Below are positions 43,701-53,080 of a stretch of 64,000 nucleotides of DNA, one piece after another; position 1 is the stretch's first letter, and every line of letters starts with the position of its first letter. The notes beneath the pieces are model-generated. The model was given only the letters and a program-made list of their open reading frames with translations. It ran no database searches and was not told the origin of the DNA. The DNA comes from an uncultured delta proteobacterium (GTDB taxonomy: Bacteria > Myxococcota > Myxococcia > Myxococcales > Myxococcaceae): contig CAVYSY010000026.1 of NCBI GenBank assembly GCA_963771175.1, positions 64,001 through 128,000 of the forward strand. Direction: 5' to 3'. The position numbers and the translations under genes were made by a program.

Positions 43701-45984
43701 ATGCTCGTCGTACCGTCCGTGCTGGATGCGGTCACCGTCCATGCCGAGGGCGCGCTCTGCACGCGCCTGGCATCGGTTCCTTTCGACAAGGGCAGACTCC
43801 CCGTACAGGTGCGCATCGAGGGCCTGCCGCTCGGGCTGCGCACCGGCTCGCTCCGGGCCGCCGTGCTCAAGGGCCCCCAGGGACTCCAGGTGCGGGACAT
43901 CCGGCCCGCCTTCGACGTGCGGCTGCCTCCGGAGACGGACATCCCCGCGGCGCAGCGCGCCCTGGAGGACGCCCAGGAGAAGCTCCACGGCCTCTCCGCC
44001 GAGCTGGAGCGCGTGCAGCGCGACCTCCAGTCCCTCCAGAAGCTCAAGCCCGCCTTCCCGCCGCGCAAGAAGGAGGAGCCGAGCGAGCCCCGCGAGTCGG
44101 CGCTCACGGCCCTCCTCTCGCTCGCGGGCTTCGTCGACACGGAGCTCGCCGCCCTGCACGCCCGGCACCTGGAGCTGGAGCGCCAGCACCGCGACGCCAC
44201 CGAGGAGGTGGAGCTGCGCCGCCGGAGGCTGGAGGAGAGCTCGTCCGCGGTGCGGGGCCAGCGCGCCCAGCTCTACCGGGCGGCCGTCCTCACGCTCTCC
44301 GAGGTGGGCCCGGTGGACGAGGGCGCGCAGCTCGCGCTCGAGTACGCGGTCCACGGGGCCCGTTGGGTGCCCGGCTATGACCTGCGGATGCCCCGGAGCC
44401 TCGACGGGGGCACGCTGAACATGCGCGCCTCCATCATCCAGCTCACCGGCGAGGACTGGAGCAACGTGCGGCTGTCCCTGTCCACCGCGGACCTGGCTCG
44501 GCGCGCCGACGTGCCGGAGCTGAAGGCCCTGCGCATCGGCCGTCATCAGCCGCCCCCGGCCCGCTCGGGCTGGCGCGAGCCACCGCCAGGGCTCGACGAG
44601 CTGTTCTCCGGCTACGACTCGGCCCGGCCTTCCCCGCGCAAGCCCGCGCCCCGGCAGGAGCGCACCCGGGCGCGCGAGTTCCCCATGCCTCCGCCGGCCG
44701 AGCCCATGCCGCAGCAGGCGCCCTACGGGAGTGCGCGCCGCCTCCGCCCCCCGCCCCGATGGCGGCGGCGCCGATGCGCGTGTCCCAGTCCATGCGCGCC
44801 GTGGGAGGCGCGCCCGAGACCGCCGAAATGGCCGCGCCCGCGATGGCCCGGCCCTCCATGCCCCTGCGCGGAGGAGCCCCGCCCCCTGCAGCCCGGGAGC
44901 ACCGCCTCCGAGGCCCAAGAGCGCGAACATGATGAAGAGGCGCAGCATGCCCGCCGATGAGGCGCCCATGGAGATGGCGAAGGAGGCGAAGGCGGACATG
45001 CTGTCCGACCTCGATGACGAAGACTCGTTCTCCGACGGATTCGGAGGAGGAGGCGGCCTCGGGGGGAGAGAGCAGCGGCAGGACGCCGGGCTGGAGCCGG
45101 CGGGAGGCCTGCTCGACTACGGCAGCCTGGAGATGGGCTCCGCGAAGGACCCGGCACAGCGTGGGCGGCTGCAGCCCCAGCCCGAGGCCCTGTCTCGGGA
45201 GCTGCTCTCGCTGATGGCCGTCCACGTGCGCGTGGATGTCGTGGCGATCATGGCCCAGTACGAGCGCACCGTGTCCTCCGTCCGGGACGTGCCGCCGCCG
45301 ACCTGGTCCGTGCCGCCGCGCCAGTCCTCGCCGCACTTCGACCACCGCTTCGACGTGGAGGTGCGCGCCGAGGTGCCCTCGGATGGCGTGTGGCACATGG
45401 TGCCCGTCTTCTCCGCCCCGGTGGGACTGAGCGCCGAGTACGTCTGCGTGCCCTCCATGGAATCGCGCGCCTTCCGCACCGTGAAGGTGGAGAACCGCAC
45501 GCCGCACGCGCTGCTCGCCGGCCCGGTGGACGTCACGCTCGGCGACGAGTTCCTGATGACCTCGCCCCTGCCCACGCTCGCGCCCGGCGCCACGCAGCGG
45601 CTGGGCCTGGGCGTCGAGGAGTCCATCAAGGTGTCGCGCAACACGCGCTTCGACGAGGCCTCCGGCGGAATGTTCGGCGGCTCCAACGTGCTCACCCACC
45701 ACGTCAGCATCGAGCTGGCCAACCGCACCCCGCAGCGGGCCGTGGTGGAGGTGCTGGAGCGCATGCCCGCGGTGCCCTCGGCCGAGAAGGACATCAAGGT
45801 GGAGGAGTCCGAGGTCAAGCCCGCCTGGAGCAAGCGCTCGCTCCTGCCCGGCGAGACGCCCGTGGAGGGCGAGCGGGCCTGGAAGGTGACGCTGCAGCCG
45901 GGTGAGACGCAGGCGTTGAACGCGACGTGGGTCGTACGGATTCCCTCGAGCAAGATGCTCGTGGGCGGAAACCGGAGGACGTGA
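43701..45984 (+). CDS. DUF4140/DUF4139 (MuiA-like) protein, frameshift in Pro-rich linker
   Basis: VTVHAEGA...LP....GSLR, coiled coil, LEY.V..ARW.PGYDL, Q.TGEDW.NV.LSLST, VPSDG and LLAGPV motifs. Confidence 0.85.
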
Positions 45985-47537
45985 TGAGCACCCCCATCCA
46001 TCTGCCCGTCGTGAAGGTCACCGTCCTCGAGGATCGCGCGCTGGTGGAGCGCCGCGGAGACGTGGTGCTGTCCGCCGGCCCCCAGCGGCTGCGCGTGGAG
46101 GGGCTCTCGCCGCTCGCGGTGGACCGGTCGCTCCAGGCCCAGCTCTCGGGGGGCAGCGTGGCGCAGGCCCGCGTGAACCGCACCTGGAAGGAGAAGCCCC
46201 GCGAGGGCGCGCGCGAGCGGAAGACGGAGCTGCGCAACCGCGTGGAGGACCTGGAGGCCGAGTGGAAGCGCGCCCACGCGGACGTGCAGCGGCTCCAGTC
46301 CCGGCTGGAGGTGGTGAACGTGGCGCGCGAGGACGTGCTGCGCTCCATCGCCGAGTTCTCGGGCGTCGGGCGCGCGAAGCCGGAGTCCTGGCACGAGCAG
46401 CTCGAGACGGTGCGCAAGGAGCTGGCCTCCACCGAGGAGGCGCTCCGAGAGGCGCGCAAACACGCGGAGGTGACGCGGCTGCGGCTGGTGGAGACCCAGG
46501 CGGCCATCGCCCAGAGCGAGCAGCCGGAGCCCCAGCTCGTCACCGCCGCCGAGCTGGAAGCGAACCACCCGGAGGGAGGCACAGTCTCGCTGCGCGTGAC
46601 GTACCTGGTGCCGTGCGCCGTGTGGCGGCCGGCGTACCGCGCCACGCTCACCCCCGCCGAGAAGGGTGAGGCGGTAACGCTCGAGTGCGAGGCGGTGGTG
46701 TGGCAGCACACCGAGGAGGAGTGGAAGGACGTGGAGCTGCTGTTCTCCACGGCTCGCCCCACCCTGGGTGCCTCGCCGCCGCGACTGGTGGAGGACTGGC
46801 TGCGGCTGCGCGACAAGAGCGAGCAGGAGAAGCATACGGTGGAGGTGTCCATCCGCGAGGAGGTCATCCAGACCACCGGCGAGGGCGGCGCGAGCCAGAC
46901 GGAGGACATGCCGGGCCTGGACGACGGCGGCGAGGCGCTGACGCTACGGGCGCAGCACCGGGCCACCGTGCCCTGCGATGGCGCGCCCCACCGCGTGCCG
47001 CTGTTCCAGTTCACCGCCCCGGCGACGTCCGAGCTCATCGGCTACCCGGAGCACTCGCCGCTGGTGCACCGGGTGGCGCGCTTCGACAACCGGGGGAGCT
47101 CGGTACTGCTGGCGGGCCCGGTGGACCTGGTGCGCACCAGTGGCTACGTGGGCCGCGCCCAGCTCAAGTTCACCGGCGTGGGCGAGCGGCTCAAGCTGGG
47201 CTTCGGCAGCGAGGACACCCTGCGCATCGCCCGGCTGGAGGACTCGAAGCAGGACACCAACCGGCTCACCGGCCGGCGCACCCGGACGCAGCAGGTGAAG
47301 CTCTTCCTCTCCAACACCGGCACCCGCCCCGAGAAGGTGGTCATCGAGGAGCGCATGCCCGTCTCCGAGGTGGAGGCCGTGGAGGTGAAGCTGCTTCAGG
47401 AGCAGACGAAGCCCGCCCCCGCGAAGGTGAGCGAGGACGGCATCGTGCGCTTCGAGCTGGCCGCCCCGCCGCGCTCGCAGCAGGAGCTCGCCTTCGCCTT
47501 CTCGGTGGCCAGTTCCTCCAAGGTGGCCGGGCTCTGA
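45984..47537 (+). CDS. DUF4140/DUF4139 (MuiA-like) protein
   Basis: VTVLEDRALVER, Y.V..A.WRPAY, Q.T.EEW.DV.L.FSTARP, LLAGPV and IEERMPVS motifs. Confidence 0.9.
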   Translation: MSTPIHLPVVKVTVLEDRALVERRGDVVLSAGPQRLRVEGLSPLAVDRSLQAQLSGGSVAQARVNRTWKEKPREGARERKTELRNRVEDLEAEWKRAHADVQRLQSRLEVVNVAREDVLRSIAEFSGVGRAKPESWHEQLETVRKELASTEEALREARKHAEVTRLRLVETQAAIAQSEQPEPQLVTAAELEANHPEGGTVSLRVTYLVPCAVWRPAYRATLTPAEKGEAVTLECEAVVWQHTEEEWKDVELLFSTARPTLGASPPRLVEDWLRLRDKSEQEKHTVEVSIREEVIQTTGEGGASQTEDMPGLDDGGEALTLRAQHRATVPCDGAPHRVPLFQFTAPATSELIGYPEHSPLVHRVARFDNRGSSVLLAGPVDLVRTSGYVGRAQLKFTGVGERLKLGFGSEDTLRIARLEDSKQDTNRLTGRRTRTQQVKLFLSNTGTRPEKVVIEERMPVSEVEAVEVKLLQEQTKPAPAKVSEDGIVRFELAAPPRSQQELAFAFSVASSSKVAGL

Positions 47538-47576
47538 TACCCGGCTGCTGTAGCCCTGCGAGGGTCCGCCGTGCGC

Positions 47577-48260
47577 TCAGGTGTAGTCCCGGACGATGAC
47601 CTCGCCGGGCTGGGGCGCGGCCAGCAGCAGGTTCAGCGCATCCATGAGGATCCACTTCTGGAGCGCTTCGTCCCCAGGCTTCCCGAGCGAGTGCCCCGCG
47701 ATGAATCCACGCGGGCACAGCGCCCGGGGTGGCCGGGCCTGAGCACTCTCCTCGGGCTCCACGGTGATGAGCACCGTGGGGATGCCGATCATCTCGATGA
47801 ATCTCTGCACCGTGACCACGGTGCGATGGCAGAGGCGTCAACCGCCGGTGAGCAGCACCGCGTCCGGCCTCACCTTGTCCACCTCGCGGACCAGCTCGGG
47901 GATGGTGGTCTCGCGCAGCTCACGCAGGGCCTGACTGAAGCCCAGGGAGAAATGCTGCTCGCTCAGGCCCCCGATTCGCCCCTCGCGCGTCAAAGAGCAC
48001 AGCCGGTCGATGGGAAAGACACAGTTGAGGTCCTTGTCGACGCACGCATGGTCGTAGTGGGTGTCGTCGTAGGCGAGGTCCGCGGTGGTCATGTCGCTGC
48101 GGATGACACGGAAGCTCGTGTCCCCTTCCAGGGCGAAAGGCTTGTCATTCTTCTGACGGACCGCGGCGGTCGTCACGAGGCAGATCGATGACTCCTCGAG
48201 CTTGCGGCGGAACGGCGTGAACGGAATGCAGTAGCGAGAGAGCTCGATCGGTTTTTGCAT
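47577..48260 (-). CDS. PrdB/GrdB-like selenoprotein (Sec at in-frame TGA 47838-47840, UxxC)
   Basis: ORFs 47838..48269 and 47577..47819 share one frame: DAVLLTGG-U-RLCHRTV...IEMIGIPTV. Motifs LVTTAAV, GDTSFR, HYDH..VDKDLNCVFPIDRL and G..LGKP match reductase selenoprotein B. 227 aa. Confidence 0.88.
47803..47834 (-). promoter_or_regulatory. Bacterial SECIS-like hairpin
   Basis: mRNA reads UGA-cgc-CUCU-gccauc-GCACCGU-GGUC-ACGGUGC-AGAG. The G-led tetraloop begins 20 nt after UGA. Confidence 0.75.
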
Positions 48261-48283
48261 CTGCCTCACCAGTGTCCGAGGAC

Positions 48284-48316
48284 CGCGGGGTGGCCGCGCG
48301 GAGGAGCCACCCCGCG
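48284..48316. repeat. Intercistronic 11-bp stem-loop
   Basis: CGCGGGGTGGC-N11-GCCACCCCGCG between the two selenoprotein genes. Confidence 0.7.
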
Positions 48317-48349
48317 AAGGGTTGCCGCCGATGAAACACGCGCCAGCGC

Positions 48350-48856
48350 CTATTTCAGTTTGTCGAGTGCCTCCATGATCTTGTCGGTGGGCGGCTGCTC
48401 GCCGATGTCGTGGATGTCGATGTACCGAAGGATGCCCTGCTTATCGACGACGAAGATCGCCCGTTCGACGGTGCCTGAACCTCTCATCACACCGTACTGG
48501 GTCGCGACAAAACCATACGGCCAGTTGTCGCTCAGGAGCGGATAGGACAACCCGCCCATCGACTTCGCCCACGCATCATTGCTGTAAACCATGTCCGTCG
48601 AGATGCCCAGGACCTGGGCATTGCGCCGCTCGAACTCGGAGAGATCCTCCTCGTACGACGGCATCTGGATCGTTCAAACAGGTGTGAACGCGGCGGGGTA
48701 GAAGACGAGCACCACGGCCTTCTTGCCGCGGTAATCACTCAGACGGATCGTCTTGTGCTTCTCTCCCTTGCCGGCGGTGTCGCCGGTGGCCATGAGCGCG
48801 AAGTCGGGGGCTTCTTCTCCGACCGAGAGCTTCCAGACCGGCCTGTGCGTCGCCAT
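48350..48856 (-). CDS. Selenocysteine peroxiredoxin, AhpE-like (Sec at in-frame TGA 48674-48676)
   Basis: ORFs 48674..48856 and 48350..48664 are in frame: VLVFYPAAFTPV-U-TIQM, the PxxxTxxC peroxidatic motif. LGISTD, PLLSDNWPYG and ERAIFVVD also present. 168 aa. Confidence 0.92.
48643..48671 (-). promoter_or_regulatory. Bacterial SECIS-like hairpin
   Basis: mRNA reads UGA-ac-GAUCC-agaug-CC-g-UC-GUAC-GA-GG-a-GGAUC. The GU-led loop begins 17 nt after UGA. Confidence 0.65.
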
Positions 48857-49136
48857 GACGGGTCTCCTGGGTGAGGGTTGGGTACGGCGGCCCTACGTTA
48901 GAGGCACTCCCAGCCGAATCTAGTCACGGCGCGGCATCAGCGTTGGCCAGCCGACAAGGGGCGCCCTGGTACGCTCCCACTCCGAGCACCCAGGGCCGCA
49001 TCCGTGCCCGACCCGAGCGCGATCACCGCGCGACTTCGTCAAAGCAGCTCTTGCTTCCTTCCGGAAGCGGACGCTTTGCTGCTCGCCCCGAGGAGCGCCC
49101 GGTGGAGAACCCCTTCCCCCCGGGCACACACGCCCC

Positions 49137-52100
49137 ATGACAGACAGAAGGATCCTCCTGCACCCCGGCCTGCTCGTGCTGGCCGTGTGCATGACTGGCA
49201 ACGTGGCCCTGGCGCAAGGCACCTCCGTGCTCCTGGGCACGGTGGTGGATGCCTCCAACCGGAAGCCGGTGATGGACGTGGTGGTGACGGCGACCTCGCC
49301 CGCCCTCCAGGGCGAGCAGACGGTCGTCACCGACCAGTCCGGCCAGTACCGCATCCCCCAGCTTCCTCCCGGCGTGTACACGCTGAGATTCGACAAGGAG
49401 TCCTACAAGCCCCTCTCCCGCGAGAACATCGGCGTCCGGTTGGACTACTCGGTGCGCGTCAACGTGGAGCTCCTGCCCGAGGCGCTCGGCGAGGAGATCA
49501 ACGTGGTGGCCCAGGCGCCCACCGTCGACATCGGCTCCACCTCCACGGGGGTGAACGTCAGCAAGGACTTCCTGCGCAACATCGCCGTCGTCTCCCCGAG
49601 CGGCAAGGGCGCGGCGTCGCGCTCCTTCGAGTCGCTGGCGGAGCTGGCCCCGGGCGCCAACGCCGACACCTACGGCGTCTCCGTCAACGGCGCCACCTCG
49701 CCGGAGAACCAATACATCGTCGACGGCGTCTCGGTGAATGACCCGGGCTTCGGCATCAACGGCACCCCGCTGAGCGTGGAGTTCATCGGCGAGGTGAGCG
49801 TCATCAGCGGCGGCTACCTGCCCGAGTACGGCCGCTCCACCGGTGGCGTGGTCAACGCGGTGACGAAGTCGGGCTCCAACGAGTTCCACGGCTCGGTGTT
49901 CGGCAACCTCACCCCGGGCGCACTCTCCCCCCGGGGAACGGAGCTCCGCCAGGAGGCCGGCACCATCTCCGGTCAGGCGTCGCCGTGGAACCTGGGGGAC
50001 TTCGGCTTCGAGGTGGGAGGCCCCATCCTCCGGGACAAGCTCTGGTTCTACACGGGCGTGGCCCCCTCCTTCACCCGCTACCAGTTGGAGCGCAACCTCA
50101 ACGCCCTGGTGCTGGACGAGAACGGCAACACCGTGCAGGACGAGCGGGGCTTCACCCAGACCCAGCGCATCGAGGGCACGCGGCGGCTCTACTTCGCGGA
50201 CCAGCGCACCTTCCAGTTCATCGGCAAGCTCACCTACCTGCTCAACCAGGACCACAACGTCAGCGTGTCCGTGACGGGTACGCCCTCGTCCTCGGGAGGC
50301 GAGGGTCGCTTCGCCATCAGTGAGCGCACCGGCGCCCCAGAGGTGGAGCGCATCTCCGGCCAGCAGGGGGCCATCGCCACCCAGCGCATCGCCAGCAGCT
50401 TCGACACCAGCCTCAAGTGGTCCTCCTCCTTCCTGGACAAGCGCCTGCTCTTCAACGCGACCCTCGGCTGGCACCACCAGGATGCCAGCGTGCGCGCCTC
50501 GGACGGCTCGCGGGCCGGCAGCCTCACGGGGCTCTCTGGCGTCTCCAACACCACCTGGCAGCGCACCACCCCGGGCCAGCACTCCATCACCGAGTTCGAG
50601 GACCTGCCGGATCCCTCCGTCTGCCTCTCGCCCACGCCCGAGCTGGCCACGCGCTGCCCGGTGCTCAGCTACATGACGGGTGGCCCGGGTCGCCTCGACG
50701 AGAGCAAGCTGGACCGCTACCAGGGCAAGCTGGTGGGCACCCTGCTGCTCCAGGGCGCGGGCCAGCACGTCATCAAGGCGGGCGTGGACCTCGAGCAGAT
50801 GCGCTACGACCACATCCGGGCCGTGAGCGGCAGGACCGTCCTCATCGAGGCGGATGACGGGGCCTATTTCTATGACTACCGCCAGTACGGGTACCTCACC
50901 GGCCCGGACCAGGTGCTCATCCAGGACTTCCAGCACCCGGTGTCCACGTCCAACTCCATCGGGGGCTTCGTGCAGGACAGCTGGAGCCTGTTCGACATGG
51001 CCACCCTCAACGTGGGGTTGCGCTACGACGTCCAGCAGCTCATCGGCGGTGGACAGCTCGCCATGGTGCTGGCCAACCAGTGGTCGCCCCGGCTGGGATT
51101 GATCGTCGACCCCACCCGCTCCGGCAAGGCCAAGCTCTACGCCAACTACGCCCGCTACTACGAGAGCGTCCCGTTGGACCTCGTGGACCGCTCGTTCCCC
51201 GGCGAGCCCGGCGTGCGCTCGGAGAAGGACTCCCGCGTGTGCGATCCGAGAGATCCGGCGCAGCAGCAGGGCACCTGCTCCAACGACAGCGCGCGCCTGG
51301 CCTTCCGGCCCGGGCTGGACGCCAACCGCCTGTGGGAGACCGTGGGCGCTGGCGCCACCATCGTGGACCCCACCATCCAACCCCAGTCCACCGACGAGTT
51401 CGTGGTGGGTGGCGAGTACGAGCTGCTGGCCAACGCCCGTGCCGGCCTGTCCTATACGCGGCGCTCCCTCAACATCGCCATCGAGGACATGAGCCGGGAT
51501 GACGGCGCCACCTACTTCATCGGCAACCCGGGGCGCGGCTTCGCCAAGGACTTCGTCGAGCCACAGCGCACGTATGACGCGGTGACGCTCTTCTTCCAGA
51601 AGAACTTCGCCGACCAGTGGCTCGCCCAGGTCAGCTACACGTGGTCCTCCCTGCGCGGCAACTACGAGGGCCTGTTCCGCTCCGACACCGGCCAGCTCGA
51701 TCCGAACATCAACTCCGACTTCGACCTCGTCTCCCTGCTGCCCAACCGCCAAGGCCCGCTGCCGGCCGACCGCACACACCAGCTCAAGGCGTTCGGCGCA
51801 CGCGAGTTCGTCCTGCGACCCGACCTGAGCATCAACCTCGGCATGTCCTACCGGGGCGCCTCCGGCACGCCGTACAGCTACCTCGGGGCGCACGAGGACT
51901 ACGGTCCGGGACAGGCCTTCATCCTGCCGCGCGGAGAAGCGGGCCGCCTGCCCTGGGTGCACCGCATCGACAGCCGTCTGGCCCTCAACTACCGGCTGAC
52001 CCGCGAGCTCACCGCCTCGCTCAGCGTGGATGTCTTCAACCTCTTCAACTTCCAGGCGCCCGTCTCGTACGACCAGAACTACACGTACTCGGCCGTGCTG

Positions 52101-52256
52101 CCCATCGAGGGGGGAAGCGCGAGCGATCTGCCCGCGAAGCTGGTGGACCCCGACGGCAACCCGGTCGATGCGGCGTCCCTCAACAAGAACTTCGGCAAGC
52201 CCCTCGCCTACCAGTCGCCGCGCTCCTTCCGGTTCGGCGCCCGGGTGTCCTTCTAG
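49137..52256 (+). CDS. TonB-dependent receptor, Oar-like
   Basis: Signal peptide, CarboxypepD_reg-like N-domain, plug (ENQYIVDG, PEYGRSTGGVVNAVTKSG), beta-barrel and terminal PRSFRFGARVSF. Confidence 0.93.
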   Translation: MTDRRILLHPGLLVLAVCMTGNVALAQGTSVLLGTVVDASNRKPVMDVVVTATSPALQGEQTVVTDQSGQYRIPQLPPGVYTLRFDKESYKPLSRENIGVRLDYSVRVNVELLPEALGEEINVVAQAPTVDIGSTSTGVNVSKDFLRNIAVVSPSGKGAASRSFESLAELAPGANADTYGVSVNGATSPENQYIVDGVSVNDPGFGINGTPLSVEFIGEVSVISGGYLPEYGRSTGGVVNAVTKSGSNEFHGSVFGNLTPGALSPRGTELRQEAGTISGQASPWNLGDFGFEVGGPILRDKLWFYTGVAPSFTRYQLERNLNALVLDENGNTVQDERGFTQTQRIEGTRRLYFADQRTFQFIGKLTYLLNQDHNVSVSVTGTPSSSGGEGRFAISERTGAPEVERISGQQGAIATQRIASSFDTSLKWSSSFLDKRLLFNATLGWHHQDASVRASDGSRAGSLTGLSGVSNTTWQRTTPGQHSITEFEDLPDPSVCLSPTPELATRCPVLSYMTGGPGRLDESKLDRYQGKLVGTLLLQGAGQHVIKAGVDLEQMRYDHIRAVSGRTVLIEADDGAYFYDYRQYGYLTGPDQVLIQDFQHPVSTSNSIGGFVQDSWSLFDMATLNVGLRYDVQQLIGGGQLAMVLANQWSPRLGLIVDPTRSGKAKLYANYARYYESVPLDLVDRSFPGEPGVRSEKDSRVCDPRDPAQQQGTCSNDSARLAFRPGLDANRLWETVGAGATIVDPTIQPQSTDEFVVGGEYELLANARAGLSYTRRSLNIAIEDMSRDDGATYFIGNPGRGFAKDFVEPQRTYDAVTLFFQKNFADQWLAQVSYTWSSLRGNYEGLFRSDTGQLDPNINSDFDLVSLLPNRQGPLPADRTHQLKAFGAREFVLRPDLSINLGMSYRGASGTPYSYLGAHEDYGPGQAFILPRGEAGRLPWVHRIDSRLALNYRLTRELTASLSVDVFNLFNFQAPVSYDQNYTYSAVLPIEGGSASDLPAKLVDPDGNPVDAASLNKNFGKPLAYQSPRSFRFGARVSF

Positions 52257-52285
52257 CGACCATGGACAGGAAAGGTCTCTCACAC

Positions 52286-52942
52286 ATGACTCGACGAATC
52301 CTCGGGCTGGCGGCGGCCGCCGCCCTCGCTCCCGCCTGTGACACGACGCAGCCGCCCATCGGCTGCCCGGTGCAGAGCCTGGAGTGGGCTGCCACCTACA
52401 AGCCGAAGGGCACGAGCACCTGCCCCGTGAAGGCGGGGGAGCAGCTCGGCATCCAGAAGTTCTCCACGCCCACCGGCGACGAGCGGCTCTCCATCAACCC
52501 CGCGACGCTCGTCGCGCTCGGGGAGCGAGACCCGGCGCACGTGTCGCACTCGCTCGGCGCGCTGGCCAGGGCCTCGGACGAGGAGGGGTTCTGCTCCGTC
52601 ACGGACGTGGCGGTCGCGGAGAAGCACGCTCCCGCCGACCCGAGCCGGGATCTGTCCTCCTCGGACATCGTCTACCGTTGGAGCAACGTCCGGGTGCTCG
52701 CCACTCCGCGGGCCCCGGGGACGCAACTGGTGGCGGAGCTGGAGTACACCGAGAACGGGTGCACCGCGCAGTACGAGGTGTGGGCGATGTGGCCTGGGGA
52801 CATCGACTGCGCGGACGCGGCCGGAAAGCCCGACAACACCCTTTGCGAGACGGCGGGGAGCATCAATCCCGATTTCGAGGTCACCTGCGATCCCACCCAG
52901 CTCCGCTGCGTCCCGGCGAAACGTCCGCCGTCCCTGAAGTAG
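52286..52942 (+). CDS. MlpA-like lipoprotein
   Basis: Lipobox APAC, Cys-rich, with GTQL..ELEYTENGCTAQY.V. Lies directly after the Oar-like gene, as in the M. xanthus oar-mlpA arrangement. Confidence 0.7.
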   Translation: MTRRILGLAAAAALAPACDTTQPPIGCPVQSLEWAATYKPKGTSTCPVKAGEQLGIQKFSTPTGDERLSINPATLVALGERDPAHVSHSLGALARASDEEGFCSVTDVAVAEKHAPADPSRDLSSSDIVYRWSNVRVLATPRAPGTQLVAELEYTENGCTAQYEVWAMWPGDIDCADAAGKPDNTLCETAGSINPDFEVTCDPTQLRCVPAKRPPSLK

Positions 52943-53080
52943 CTCCAGAGGGTTGAGCCATAGCGGACCCCGAGGGAGCGGACGCGCGTTCCTTCGGGGT
53001 ATCCACCCGTGCGGGTTGTCAGTGGCCCTTGCTATACGTCGCGCCGCTGCCACGTACCGCAGCCCGAGGGGAAACCGCAC

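Noticed and set aside
49023..52283. 1086-aa antisense ORF and similar long shadow ORFs (10917..13313, 15700..17829, 53763..56102, 40591..43680 upstream part)
   Set aside because: These are antisense or shifted-frame shadows of well-supported genes, expected in high-GC DNA, with no recognisable motifs.
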